Assembly: GCA_963755125.1 (NCBI GenBank)
Contig: CAVWIP010000007.1
Span: 32,001-96,000 of the forward strand
DNA length: 64,000 bases
Origin: an uncultured delta proteobacterium
GTDB taxonomy: Bacteria > Myxococcota_A > Polyangia > Fen-1088
Direction: 5' to 3'
In this document: piece by piece, positions 30,884 through 43,952 of the stretch
Numbering within the stretch: the first letter of the stretch is position 1
Layout: each line of letters begins with the position of its first letter
Made by a program: the position numbers and the translations under genes
The notes under the pieces: generated by a model
What the model was told of the DNA's origin: nothing
Database searches by the model: none
The model's input: the letters and a program-made list of their open reading frames with translations, nothing else

Positions 30884-32935
30884 TTACGGCTTCTTCGCCG
30901 AGTGGACCTCGCTGCCAAATACCGACGACAGAGCCATCGTCTTTGACGACCGGCCCGCCAGGGCCTCCTTTGCCGCATGCACCACGTCCGGATTGGGGCT
31001 CTTGCTGAGTTGCTGCAGAACCTTGTGGGCTCTGGCCGAGCCCAGTCGCCCGAGCGCCGAGATGGCCGTGATGAGTATGTCGGCCGGCGGGGCTTGACGG
31101 CCGAGCAGACGCCCGAAGAACCCGATGGGCTTGACCAACCGACAGAGGGCGTCGTCGGCGTCGATGGCGGCGAGCGCGATGGCCTGCCGCCGGCTCACCA
31201 CCACTTCGATGGCCGCGCGCACGACAGGAGGCGACGCCCCGCGCGCGTCGTGTGAGATGAGTTGGATGGCGTGCGGGACGATCTTAGCGCTGCCGACGCC
31301 GGTGTGGGCGCACAGGAGCAAGGCCCGAATGCGCACGCTCTCGTCGGGATCGGACAGGGCCTCGGCGACATGGCCTTCGGCCACCCTGGGGTTGGCCTCT
31401 GCCAAAGCGGTCAGGGCATAACGCCGCACCTTGGGCGATGCGTGTTTGAGCTGCTTGACGAACACGGACGCCGCCTCGGGCCCGGCGCCTTCCTTCACGC
31501 AGGCGAGCAGGAGGTAGGTCGCTTCTTCATTTTCCACGCCCGCGTCGAGCGCGCGCAAAGCCGCCGCCACCCCGCGTGCCTTCATCTCGGTCAGGACCCA
31601 TGCCCCGGCCTCGCGCAGCTTGGGCTCGCCCTGCGCGACCACCGCCGCTGTGGAGTCGGCGGCTACCTCTTTCCCCTCTTCCAGCAGCGCGACGATGCCG
31701 TGCCGGCCAGCAGGATCGTCGGGGAAGCTGGCCAGGATGGCTTCCAGGGTGGGCTCGTCGAACACGCCTGCAATGGCCTTGGCATTCGTGATGCGCAGGC
31801 GCATGAGGATGGCGTTGGCCTCCACGAAACGACGACTGGAAAGGGCGTAGCGCATCGCCTTTTGCAGCAGCCGCACCGGATCGATGTTGGCGCTGCCGGC
31901 GGGAGGCTCGGTCGACGCCCGCTTCTGCAGGGCCTCGACCCAGGTTTCGGCCAGCACCCACTCTTGCAGGTCGGGTGGCAGGCGTGTGATGGGGACCACG
32001 CCTCGTCGGCACATCTCACGCAGCATCTCGTCGGTCTTTCGTGCCGGCGGCTCCTTGAGCAGACGCTCAGCGATCGCGCGCAGCACGGTCATGGTGGGCT
32101 CGGCGGGAACCTGCGAGGCCTCACCCGCGTCGCGCAGGATCAGCTTGGTCGTGCCCACCAGGGCCAAGGCGGGCAACCCGCGCACCAGGATGTCGCGCGC
32201 ACGGAACGCCGCCAGCCCGGGCTGCGCGCCCAGGATTTTGTCGAGTGCAGGTCCCGCCCACAGGATGGCGCGCAGGACATCGAACTTGCGGAAGAACGAA
32301 TAGGCCATGCTGTTGGCCAGGCGTTCACTCTGATCGAGCAGCGTGGTCGGCGTGGCTTCCCCCTGGGCCAGCAGATGGCGTACGTCGTGCCCCAGCCGGC
32401 CGAGCGCCGTGCGCACCAGCCACGCGCCGTGTGCATCCTGTGGCGGCAGCTCGACGTCGCGTACCAGCGCCACGTGGGAAACCTTCTTGTCGAGCAGCGC
32501 CCTGGCCAGGCGCGCGCCTTCGCTGGCGTGGTCAGCCTCGACTGGCGGTGCGGCCATGACTTCGAGGAAGGTGTTCCACTCGGTTTCGGTCAACCCGCGG
32601 CACAGGGCGAGGATGGCGAGAGAGCGCCGCTGCATGAACTCCAGAAACTGCAAGACAAAGGCGCCGCCTATCGAGGGCCCCACCAGGTGGCGCAACTCGG
32701 TCCGCACGGGTCCGGTTCCGTCCACGTGCAGTTCAGGTGGACCGCCTGCGACAGCCGGCGGTCCGATCAGGTACGCGATCTCGGCCTGCGTCCTCAGCAG
32801 GCGGGTCAGTTCCTTGAAGAGTCGCTGGCGTACGCGCGGGAAATTGGGCTTGGCCGGGTCGAACTGCGCGACCCGGTGAAACGCCCGCACCAGGGTCATG
32901 GTGAACTCGACCACCTCGTCCGCTAGCGTGTGCAT
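30884..32935 (-). CDS. HEAT-repeat-containing hypothetical protein
   Basis: LKHASPKVRRYALTAL, LSDPDESVRIRAL, PDVVHAAKEAL HEAT-like units. Confidence 0.75.
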   Translation of the reverse strand: MHTLADEVVEFTMTLVRAFHRVAQFDPAKPNFPRVRQRLFKELTRLLRTQAEIAYLIGPPAVAGGPPELHVDGTGPVRTELRHLVGPSIGGAFVLQFLEFMQRRSLAILALCRGLTETEWNTFLEVMAAPPVEADHASEGARLARALLDKKVSHVALVRDVELPPQDAHGAWLVRTALGRLGHDVRHLLAQGEATPTTLLDQSERLANSMAYSFFRKFDVLRAILWAGPALDKILGAQPGLAAFRARDILVRGLPALALVGTTKLILRDAGEASQVPAEPTMTVLRAIAERLLKEPPARKTDEMLREMCRRGVVPITRLPPDLQEWVLAETWVEALQKRASTEPPAGSANIDPVRLLQKAMRYALSSRRFVEANAILMRLRITNAKAIAGVFDEPTLEAILASFPDDPAGRHGIVALLEEGKEVAADSTAAVVAQGEPKLREAGAWVLTEMKARGVAAALRALDAGVENEEATYLLLACVKEGAGPEAASVFVKQLKHASPKVRRYALTALAEANPRVAEGHVAEALSDPDESVRIRALLLCAHTGVGSAKIVPHAIQLISHDARGASPPVVRAAIEVVVSRRQAIALAAIDADDALCRLVKPIGFFGRLLGRQAPPADILITAISALGRLGSARAHKVLQQLSKSPNPDVVHAAKEALAGRSSKTMALSSVFGSEVHSAKKP

Positions 32936-33017
32936 GCCGCCCCTTCATTTGTAAGGGGCGGCGCTCAGCGGCGCAAGAAACCAGGTCGCGCGTTGCAATT
33001 TCGATCAGCCGCGGCGG

Positions 33018-34190
33018 CTACTTGATCGGCGTCGCGTCCTTGTTGTGGGCGAAATACTCTTCCGTCAGCCGCTTCATGAGTGCGGGCCGGCGGTCGTACA
33101 GGCGCTTCAGCTTGCGCTGTCCCCGGCGCGCCAGGGCGTAGTGGGCCAGCATGGGCAGCGCGATGGTGGAGTCGGTGTAGCAAACCACGGCGTCGGGAAG
33201 CTGGTTGGGATCGATCTTGCCCCAGCTCACCGCCTCCGAGGGCGTGGCGCCCGACAAGCCGCCGGTGTCGGGTCGCGCATCGGTGAACTGCAGGAAGTAG
33301 TCGTGCCCCGCTTCCTTGATGCGCAGCACTTCCTGGATCTGCGGCTCGGTCTGCAGGGTGAAGTTCTTGGGCGAGCCGCCGCCGACCAGGACCACGCCGG
33401 TCTTCTGCTTGCGCAACTTCGCGTCGAGCACGATGGCGGTGGTTTCGTTCACGTCGATGCTGGGATTCACGCGCAGCTTGTTGCCGCGCAACTCGACGCC
33501 CGCGATGTTCATGCCGATAGTGGAATCGCCGGGCGACGAGCAGAAGCAGGGCACGCCCGCGCGATAGGCAGCGGCCAGGACCGAGGCGTCCTTGAGCCCG
33601 CTCTGCCGCTCGAATTCAGCGCAGTATTTGCCGATGAGGTGGTGCAGCTCGGCCGTGCCCATCTCTTTCTGGAATTCCTTCTGGATGAGGATCTTGCGCA
33701 GGATATCGTCGGTGCGCATGAGCACGTCGTCGTAGTCGAGCAGGATGTCGTAGATGCGGACCACGCCATAACGTCGTAGCTCGGGATCGCGCACGAAGGG
33801 CGATCCCCGCCACAGCGGCAGGTTCATCGCGTGGTGCATGTCGTGGTACAGGTTCGCGCCGGTGGCCACGATCCAGTCCACGAAGCCAGCCTTGATGAGG
33901 GGAATAATGGCGGCGCTACCCAGCCCCGCCGGGGTCAGCGCTCCCGCCAGGCTCATGCCCACGGTGACGCGGTCGTTGGCCAGCATCCTCTCCGCGAAGA
34001 GGCGGCAGCCCTCGCTCAAGCGGCCGGCGTTGTAGGCGAGAAAGGTGGCGTCGATGAGATCCGGCAGGGTTTCCTTACCTGAGATCGGTTTGGGCAGGAT
34101 GCGCTTGCCCCGCAAATACAGCTGCTTGCCCTTGGCAAACTTGTGTGGGTACTGGCTGACGAACTTCTTGGGCAGAACGATCTTGCTCAT
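33018..34190 (-). CDS. Deoxyhypusine-synthase-like protein (probable homospermidine synthase, SpeY type)
   Basis: [45 protein letters not shown] (catalytic Lys); start ATG 34190. Confidence 0.9.
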   Translation of the reverse strand: MSKIVLPKKFVSQYPHKFAKGKQLYLRGKRILPKPISGKETLPDLIDATFLAYNAGRLSEGCRLFAERMLANDRVTVGMSLAGALTPAGLGSAAIIPLIKAGFVDWIVATGANLYHDMHHAMNLPLWRGSPFVRDPELRRYGVVRIYDILLDYDDVLMRTDDILRKILIQKEFQKEMGTAELHHLIGKYCAEFERQSGLKDASVLAAAYRAGVPCFCSSPGDSTIGMNIAGVELRGNKLRVNPSIDVNETTAIVLDAKLRKQKTGVVLVGGGSPKNFTLQTEPQIQEVLRIKEAGHDYFLQFTDARPDTGGLSGATPSEAVSWGKIDPNQLPDAVVCYTDSTIALPMLAHYALARRGQRKLKRLYDRRPALMKRLTEEYFAHNKDATPIK

Positions 34191-34277
34191 TGCCGGTGAT
34201 TCCTTTCCCAGATCATCCCCCGCACGCAGGGGTGGGCGGACTTTGGACAAAAACCCGAGCCTTTGCAAGACCAGGGG

Positions 34278-37200
34278 CTAGTCCCCGAACACGATGCTGC
34301 GCACGCCGGGCTGCAAGGTCACTTCCTTCTCATGCACCTTGCCCAGCGCAGGCACAAACAGGCCAATCTTGTGCACGCCGGGGTCCACGCGCAGCTTGTT
34401 GAACGGACAGAGGATGCCGGTCTCCTTGCCGTCGACCACGATGGGCAGCTTGCCTTGCGTGATGCACTCGGCGCGGAAGCGAGCCTCGCCGGTCATGGGC
34501 GGCGCAACCGCCACCAGGTCCTTGGATACCTGCGTATCCTCCCCGGCCCTCACATCGACAGTGGCCGACGCGTGGCCGGCGAGAACCAGCACCACGCGCG
34601 TGGGGCCGGACTGGACCCTGACCTGCAAGGGCGTCCGGCCGCGTTCCTTGCCGCTGATCCACACCGCGGCGCCGACCGGCTGGCTGGTTACCGAGAGCAT
34701 GACCAGGCTGCCCCCACCGTCCGAGACGCCCTTGCTCCAGGTTGTCGGCGCCGCGTCTCCCGCGGCGATCACCTTCTTGTCGGGCGAGGGTGCCGCAGCG
34801 GTCTTCTGGCCAGAGGGCGAGGGTGCCGCAGCGGTCTTCTGGCCAGAGGGCGAGGGTGCCGCAGCGGTCTTCTGGCCAGAGGGCGAGGGTGCCGCAGCGG
34901 ACGGGGACGGCGCCGGCGGGCCCGACGAAGGCCCGGCCGTCGTTGGCTTCAAAGGTTTTTCGGAGCCACTCTTCTTAGCAGCGGAGGGTTTCTCTTCGAC
35001 GGCTGCAATCGTGCGACGGGCGCTGGTTCCTGGCGGCTTGGACGTGGCCTCGCTGTCTGACGGCTGCGCGGCCTGGGCCTCGACATCGTCTGGAACTGCG
35101 GGCGCCGGCGGCGCGACAGCCTTTGGCTTCGGCAGAGCGGGCAGTGCCCTGCCTCCTGGTGCTGCACCCGACGGTTGGCCCCGCGTCCCGACGAAGAAAC
35201 CGGCCAGCCCGCCCACCACTATGCTGGCACCCAGCACCGAGGCCGCGATGGTCCAGACCATCCGCCGGCGTCCCTGCTTGGCTGCCGGCGCGTCAGGCGA
35301 CTGGGCCCAGGTGGGGACTGATTCTTGCTCGCGGGCGGGGCGTCTGGCCCCCGCGCCACGCGCCACGCCACCCGCCGGCGCTTCACGGACTGGCGGCGAA
35401 GGTCGAGACGCGCGGGGCGCGGAAGCTTCTGGCAGAGCGTGGATTTCGGACTCGGGCAGCGGCTGACCAGCATCTTCGAAGTATGCGGGGGCTGCCGCGG
35501 GCTGGCCGCCCTCGCCCACGTCCACGTAGGCCTCGGCCTCAGGTGGGGGTTGGCTGCCGTCTTCCCTGAACGCCACGGCTTCGGCAGCCGATGGTGGCTG
35601 GTCGTCCACAAAAGAGAAAGCCTCGGGCAGCGGCTGACCAGCAAGCCCACCGGTCGCCTGGCCCCCCAAATCGTAGGACGAGGCGGGGTGGACTCCATCC
35701 GGGGAATCGACCAGCTCATCCTCGAGCAGGCCGTCGCCCCGAGGCTGATCGACCTCGCCTGGGGTCTCGATGTCGGCCGCCACGGGCTCCGCCCAGCCGG
35801 ATTGCGAACCGAAATCCGGTGCAGCCTCCATCGAAGAATCGTCCGCTGGTGCGGGCTCAGCCAACTGCGGCTCATCAAGGGCGAAAGGCCGCTGGCTCCG
35901 CAGGGGGCCGCCCTGGCCAGCCGCGGGCCTCAGAGGAGGGGAGCCGGCCAGCGGGACGGATTCCGGAGCTTCAGCCTGGATGTCGTCAAGCAGCGCCAGC
36001 CCGGCCGATTGGCTGCCGGACGAGGAGCCAATTCCAGCCTGACCGCCAAGTGCGGCAAGGGCGCGTGCGCCCCAGGTCGAGGGGCGTGGATCGAAGGCCG
36101 ACGCGCCCGGAGCCATCACCTCACCTGCGTCCGGCGCGGCGAATGGTTCCGCCTCGCCTGTGGATGGAGCTTGCGCGGGCGCGGCCAAAGGCTTGGCAGG
36201 CGGTGCGCTTGCTGGCGTACCCGGTGCAGACGGTCCCAAAGGCGGTTTGGGCGCCAATCTTTCGGCGGCCGCGCCAGCTGCCGGGGCAGCGGCCACCGTA
36301 GCCGACAAAGCATCGGGGGCTGCCGTTTCCTTCGGCCCGAAGGCAGGCAAGGTCTGAAATCGCGCTCGGTTGGCCAGGCTCGGGGCCGGCGCCGCAGAAG
36401 GAACGGTGGCCGGAGCGACCACGGGAGAGCCCGGAACCGGCGGTGGCCCGAGGCGCAGCTTCGCGATGCGGGCTGGGGTCACGGATTCCGCGGGTCGGCT
36501 TTTGGCCACGAGGTCAGCAATCACGGCCGGCTCGCCCACGGCAGTGAGCTCGCGCGAGGCACGCGACTCGTCGGGAGGCGCAGGCGGTGGCACCGGTCGG
36601 ACCACGGGTTGGCCCGCTGCCACCGCTTTGGCCAGCCCACCCGTTCGCTGGTGCAGCGATTCCTCGAACCCGAAGTCATCGTCGTGTTCCACATCGGAAG
36701 GCGGCGGCGGCGCGTCGTCGGCTGCTTCGGGTGCGCCGGCCAAAGACACGACGGCCTCGGGCGGTTGCTCCGGCGCCGCACTGGAGGTGGAAGAGCGCTG
36801 GACGAGTGAGGAAAGATCGGCGGCCAGTACCGCTTCGGGCCTACCCGCGTAGACAGCCGCCAGGGACGAAACCACGTCGGCTGCCGTGGGCCGCGCTCCG
36901 GGACTCGCGGAAACCAAACGGCCGATGACGAGCCCCAAGTCCTCCGGCAGCAGGGAAAGAGCGATTTGCATCTCGGAAGCGCGTCGGCCCTGCGGCGGCA
37001 ACTCTCCACTCGACAGCTCGCATAGCAAGACGCCGAGGCTGTACATGTCGCCAGCCGTGGTGCCGTCAGCGGCCGGCGCAGCCAACTCGGGTGCGATGTA
37101 GGGCAGAAGGCGTCGCGGGCGCGGCTCGAAGGGGCGACGGACCGAGGCACGCAGGCCGAAGTCGAGCAGCCGAACCGCCCCGCGTGTGGTAATGAACACG

Positions 37201-37706
37201 TTGCCGGGGCAGAGAGCACCGTGCATGACGGGCGGCTCCTGCGCATGGGCAGCCTGCAGCCCGCGCGCGATCTCGGCGCCGATGTAGGCCACCAGGCCAT
37301 GCCAGCGGCGGGACGCCTCGTCCTTGCCAGTGGCCAGCACGCCCGCCTCGCGCGCCCGCTGCAGGAACTGGCCCAGATCCGCGCCTTCCATGAACGGCGT
37401 GACAGCAAAGACCAGCCCGTCGCCCGAGTCTGCCTCCACGACCTTGGCGATATGGGGATCGGCAAGGGCCGCGCTACGCCGGGCGGCTTGCAGGAACGGC
37501 TCGCTGACCGCGCTCGGGACTTCCGATCGCTTGAGCCGCAACACCTTCACCGCGAAGCTGCGGTCGAGCCCGGTCAAGCCCTTGACGCGCGCACGGTAGG
37601 TTTCAAAGCCGCCGCTTCCGCCGACTTGCTCGGTGCACTCGTAGCGGCCCAGCTTCTTGAGGCCAGGTGGATCACTCGCTGCCGGAGGTCTGATGGTTGA
37701 CGGCAT
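34278..37706 (-). CDS. Pseudokinase with acidic Pro-rich linker, TM and PEGA domains
   Basis: AVK, DFG and YIAPE retained but catalytic loop reads HGALCPGN; C-terminal VTSQPVGAAVWISG..GRTP PEGA. Confidence 0.85.
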   Translation of the reverse strand: MPSTIRPPAASDPPGLKKLGRYECTEQVGGSGGFETYRARVKGLTGLDRSFAVKVLRLKRSEVPSAVSEPFLQAARRSAALADPHIAKVVEADSGDGLVFAVTPFMEGADLGQFLQRAREAGVLATGKDEASRRWHGLVAYIGAEIARGLQAAHAQEPPVMHGALCPGNVFITTRGAVRLLDFGLRASVRRPFEPRPRRLLPYIAPELAAPAADGTTAGDMYSLGVLLCELSSGELPPQGRRASEMQIALSLLPEDLGLVIGRLVSASPGARPTAADVVSSLAAVYAGRPEAVLAADLSSLVQRSSTSSAAPEQPPEAVVSLAGAPEAADDAPPPPSDVEHDDDFGFEESLHQRTGGLAKAVAAGQPVVRPVPPPAPPDESRASRELTAVGEPAVIADLVAKSRPAESVTPARIAKLRLGPPPVPGSPVVAPATVPSAAPAPSLANRARFQTLPAFGPKETAAPDALSATVAAAPAAGAAAERLAPKPPLGPSAPGTPASAPPAKPLAAPAQAPSTGEAEPFAAPDAGEVMAPGASAFDPRPSTWGARALAALGGQAGIGSSSGSQSAGLALLDDIQAEAPESVPLAGSPPLRPAAGQGGPLRSQRPFALDEPQLAEPAPADDSSMEAAPDFGSQSGWAEPVAADIETPGEVDQPRGDGLLEDELVDSPDGVHPASSYDLGGQATGGLAGQPLPEAFSFVDDQPPSAAEAVAFREDGSQPPPEAEAYVDVGEGGQPAAAPAYFEDAGQPLPESEIHALPEASAPRASRPSPPVREAPAGGVARGAGARRPAREQESVPTWAQSPDAPAAKQGRRRMVWTIAASVLGASIVVGGLAGFFVGTRGQPSGAAPGGRALPALPKPKAVAPPAPAVPDDVEAQAAQPSDSEATSKPPGTSARRTIAAVEEKPSAAKKSGSEKPLKPTTAGPSSGPPAPSPSAAAPSPSGQKTAAAPSPSGQKTAAAPSPSGQKTAAAPSPDKKVIAAGDAAPTTWSKGVSDGGGSLVMLSVTSQPVGAAVWISGKERGRTPLQVRVQSGPTRVVLVLAGHASATVDVRAGEDTQVSKDLVAVAPPMTGEARFRAECITQGKLPIVVDGKETGILCPFNKLRVDPGVHKIGLFVPALGKVHEKEVTLQPGVRSIVFGD
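34782..34900. repeat. Perfect 33-bp tandem repeat x3.6 (SPSGQKTAAAP) in the extracytoplasmic linker
   Basis: Unit GGGCGAGGGTGCCGCAGCGGTCTTCTGGCCAGA at 34782, 34815 and 34848, plus 20 nt at 34881. Confidence 0.95.
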
Positions 37707-37852
37707 CAATTACCAATATCGGTCGAAAGCTGCGCGCTCTGGAATGGTGTTCCGCGCGCCTGGCTGGCGCAGGAACAGGCCGATTCAGACCGCGTGATAT
37801 TGTATGATCGTGGGCGGTTGGGCCGCAACCTTGCATCCGCCGCGGGGCACCA

Positions 37853-37881
37853 TTGACGGTTTGCGCCTAAGTGTCTAGAAT
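37853..37881 (+). promoter_or_regulatory. Near-consensus sigma70 promoter of the FHA gene
   Basis: TTGACG-17 nt-TAGAAT, 8 nt before TTG 37890. Confidence 0.7.
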
Positions 37882-37889
37882 CATGGCAT

Positions 37890-38876
37890 TTGAATACCTT
37901 CAGGCCACGCGACGCCGCAGGCGAACAGGCAAGCGCCGCCCAGGCTGAGGGTGCGCCTTGGACCCTCCGCTTCATCTCCGGCAAGTATCAGGGGGGGGAA
38001 TTTCCTCTGCGCCCGAACCGCGAGATCGTGATCGGACGCTCGTCTGACCTGGACATGGTCCTGGTCGAGGACATGGTTTCGCGCAAGCACGCAAAGATCA
38101 CTACCGACGGCCGGGCGGTGTCGATCCAGGACCTGGGCTCGACCAACGGCACCTTCGTGAACGGCGAGAAGATTCGCAGTGTGCAGCTCAAGGACGGCGA
38201 CCGCATCCTGGTCGGCACGTCCATCATCAAGTTGGTGGCCGGGAGTGGCGAGGCACGCGCGCCAGCGGCTTCGCTGTCCGAGATCGAGGCGCGTTCCAAG
38301 ATGCAGGCCACTGCCAGTCGGCGGGTGGCGCCCAAGTCGATGTCGGGCAACATCGAAGAGATCCCGCTGCCCGACCTTCTCCAGTTGCTTTCCACCAGCC
38401 GCAAGTCAGGCGTGTTGGTGCTGCGCTCTGATTGGGGCACCGGCCGCCTGCACCTGCGCAAGGGCCAGATCTACTTCGCCAACATCGACGAGAGCTTCGA
38501 CGTCAGCCCCCGCAAGGCCATGTTCCGCATGTTGACGTGGAACCAGGGCTTGTTCGAGTTGGAACCGCCTGACGATCGCAGGGTAATGGAGGAACTGCAG
38601 GATTCCACCGAGGCCCTGCTCATGGAGGGCATGCGCCAGCTCGACGAATTCAAGGAGCTGTCGCCCAAACTGCCGCCACTGACGGCCGAGGTTTCCGTGC
38701 CCACGCCGCTCGGCCCGCGCCTGCGCGATCTGTCGCCCGACCATCTCGACGTCATCCAGATCGCGCTGGGCGGCGCCACGGTGCAGGCCATCCTGGACCA
38801 GAGTCGCCAGACCGATCTCGACACCGCTACGGCCATGCTGTCGCTGCTGGAGCGCGGATATCTCGTCGTGGGATAG
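37890..38876 (+). CDS. FHA domain + DUF4388 protein
   Basis: IGRS, VSRKHA, DLGSTNGTFVNG; MSGNIEEIPLPDLLQLL...RKSGVL...GQIYFA DUF4388. Confidence 0.9.
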   Translation: MNTFRPRDAAGEQASAAQAEGAPWTLRFISGKYQGGEFPLRPNREIVIGRSSDLDMVLVEDMVSRKHAKITTDGRAVSIQDLGSTNGTFVNGEKIRSVQLKDGDRILVGTSIIKLVAGSGEARAPAASLSEIEARSKMQATASRRVAPKSMSGNIEEIPLPDLLQLLSTSRKSGVLVLRSDWGTGRLHLRKGQIYFANIDESFDVSPRKAMFRMLTWNQGLFELEPPDDRRVMEELQDSTEALLMEGMRQLDEFKELSPKLPPLTAEVSVPTPLGPRLRDLSPDHLDVIQIALGGATVQAILDQSRQTDLDTATAMLSLLERGYLVVG

Positions 38877-39057
38877 CCACCAACGTGGCTCGGCCAGCGT
38901 GGGCGAGAACGTGAGCGTGTCCGGCCCGCGAGTCGCGGTCCGCGGCATCGGATTCACTCATTTCTTCGCATGCGTGCCCTCTGCCCGCCTCACACCACCC
39001 GAACTCGCACACGCGAGCCGGCTCTCCTATCCCGTCGCACCAACCGACAGGCTCTGC

Positions 39058-41904
<2,847 letters not shown>

Positions 41905-41998
41905 CGCTGCAGGCGGGTCGTCGGAGTCGTGGACCCGAAAAGCGGGGTCCACAGCCACGGCGCCCAGCCTGCGACCTTACCAGGAATCGCCGCGCCCG

Positions 41999-42520
41999 TC
42001 AGCGATAGTCGATGGCCGTGACCGTCAACTCGCGCGCGCCTGCGTGCCAGCGCACCACCACCGTGTCACCCACTTGCTTGCCCAGCAATGCCTTGCCCAC
42101 CGGCGACTTCCAGGAAATGACCCCTTCCGACCCCTCGACCTCGTCCTGGCCGACGATGCGATACACCAGCGTCTCTCCGTCCTCGTCCTCGACGGTGACC
42201 GTGGCCCCGAAGAACACACGGTCGCGCCGTTTCTGTTCGCTGGGGTCGACGATGACCACATGGTCCAGGCGCTTGGAAAGGAAACGCATGCGCGCGTCGA
42301 TGTGGCGCAACTGGCGCTTGCGATAGATGTACTCGGCATTCTCCGAACGGTCGCCCTCGGCGGCCGCGTCAGCCAGGGCGCTCACCACCTCGGGCCGCTT
42401 GCTCACGTGCAAGAACTCCAGTTCATCGACCAGCTTCCGGTAGCCCGCCTTGGTGATGTAGTTCTTCTCCTGCGGAGAGCGCGCCTCTTCCTCGGGCGGA
42501 TCGTCGGGGTCGAAAACCAT
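41999..42520 (-). CDS. greB: Transcription elongation factor GreB
   Basis: [40 protein letters not shown]. Confidence 0.93.
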   Translation of the reverse strand: MVFDPDDPPEEEARSPQEKNYITKAGYRKLVDELEFLHVSKRPEVVSALADAAAEGDRSENAEYIYRKRQLRHIDARMRFLSKRLDHVVIVDPSEQKRRDRVFFGATVTVEDEDGETLVYRIVGQDEVEGSEGVISWKSPVGKALLGKQVGDTVVVRWHAGARELTVTAIDYR

Positions 42521-42590
42521 GAGGAACCGGGAGTGGCAGGCACGGCCGGGCCCGCCGCGACGGACGGTCGCGGTCGGCTCGGCCCCAGGG

Positions 42591-43082
42591 CTAGTCGCCG
42601 CGCTTGCCGATGCGGTGGTCGAGCATAACCAGGCTCGAACCCTTGTCGCCCACCATCTTGAGCTGATCCAGGATCAGGCTGGCGTTCTTCTCTTCCTCGA
42701 CCTGCTCCTTGATGAACCACTGGAGCATCTCCATCGAGGCGTAGTCGTTCTCCTTGCTGGCCTGGGCGTAGAGCTTGTGAATCAGGCTGGTCACCTTCTG
42801 CTCGTGGGCCAGCGTGCGCTGGAACACGTCCGTGGCGGACTTGAAATCCGCCGCAGGCTTCTCGATGGTGGAAAGGCTGAGCGTCCCGCCACGGTCGACC
42901 ACGTAGTCGAGCATCTTCATCGCGTGGGTCTGCTCTTCGGCGAACTGCACGCGCATCCACTTGGCGAAGCCAGGAAGGCTTTGCCCTTCGAAGTAGAGCG
43001 CCATGGAAAGGTAGAGATACGCCGAGGAGAACTCGTTTCCAACCTGCTCGCTGAAGGCATCCTGCATGGTCTTGCTTAGCAT
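42591..43082 (-). CDS. ftnA: Non-heme ferritin
   Basis: [31 protein letters not shown] ferroxidase residues. Confidence 0.92.
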   Translation of the reverse strand: MLSKTMQDAFSEQVGNEFSSAYLYLSMALYFEGQSLPGFAKWMRVQFAEEQTHAMKMLDYVVDRGGTLSLSTIEKPAADFKSATDVFQRTLAHEQKVTSLIHKLYAQASKENDYASMEMLQWFIKEQVEEEKNASLILDQLKMVGDKGSSLVMLDHRIGKRGD

Positions 43083-43133
43083 CGCGTCGAACTCCCTTCT
43101 CTGATCTTTGATTGCAGCAAGAGTCGCCGAGTT

Positions 43134-43952
43134 TCACCCGGAATTCAACGAGGAAGCATCGGTGTGCCAGCCGGTGACGACTGCCTGTGCCGCAGCCAGG
43201 TCCTGGGGCGTGTCGATCTCGCGCCACTGGCCGTCGATGAAGACTGGGTCAAGTCGAATGCCCCGGTCGGCCAGCGCGTTGAGCGCATCGGTCAAATACG
43301 CCTGGCGCAGCGTCGGGGCGAAACCAAAGGGTGCCTCCAGCCCGCCTGCCGCAAGAGCCCCGTCCCAGACCGCACGAAGCGCTGCTGCCCCCGTGGCAGA
43401 AAAATAGGCTAGGCCGATGAACTCACCCACCGCCTTCTCGCGCGGCACCGCGCCCTTGCCCACGCGCACGACTCGCCCCTGCTCGTCGATCCTGGTCAGC
43501 TCGGCCTCTGAAACCGGGTGCAGGGTGCGGCCCTGGTAGGCATCGGCCCAGCGCCGGTCGATGATCAGCGATGCGGGCGCCGGGTCGCCTGCACGCGCGC
43601 GCGCCGCCAGGCACGCCACCACATCGGGCGTGTACACGATGTCACAATAGGAAAAGAAGAAGCCGCCCGGCAGGCGATCCGCCGCGCACAGCAGTGACGC
43701 CAGGATGTTGTTCTGCGGCCAGTCGGGGTTGTCGATGAAATCCAGGACCGCGCGTCCTCCGTCGATGCGATCGCCCAGATAGCCGCGCACCACCACGACG
43801 TCGGAGAGGCCCGCCGCCGCCAACGAGCGCAGTTGCCAGTGCAGGATGGGCTGGCCCGCCACGCGGACCATGCACTTGGGAATGCCGTCGGTTTCTGCGC
43901 CTAGGCGCCGGCCGCGGCCAGCCGCCACGATGATGACTTTGTCGCTCCTCAC
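43134..43952 (-). CDS. NTP transferase (LicC/IPCT-like cytidylyltransferase)
   Basis: AAGRGRRLG....PKC, GYLG, WREIDTPQDL; overlaps the upstream gene by GTGA. Confidence 0.85.
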   Translation of the reverse strand: MRSDKVIIVAAGRGRRLGAETDGIPKCMVRVAGQPILHWQLRSLAAAGLSDVVVVRGYLGDRIDGGRAVLDFIDNPDWPQNNILASLLCAADRLPGGFFFSYCDIVYTPDVVACLAARARAGDPAPASLIIDRRWADAYQGRTLHPVSEAELTRIDEQGRVVRVGKGAVPREKAVGEFIGLAYFSATGAAALRAVWDGALAAGGLEAPFGFAPTLRQAYLTDALNALADRGIRLDPVFIDGQWREIDTPQDLAAAQAVVTGWHTDASSLNSG

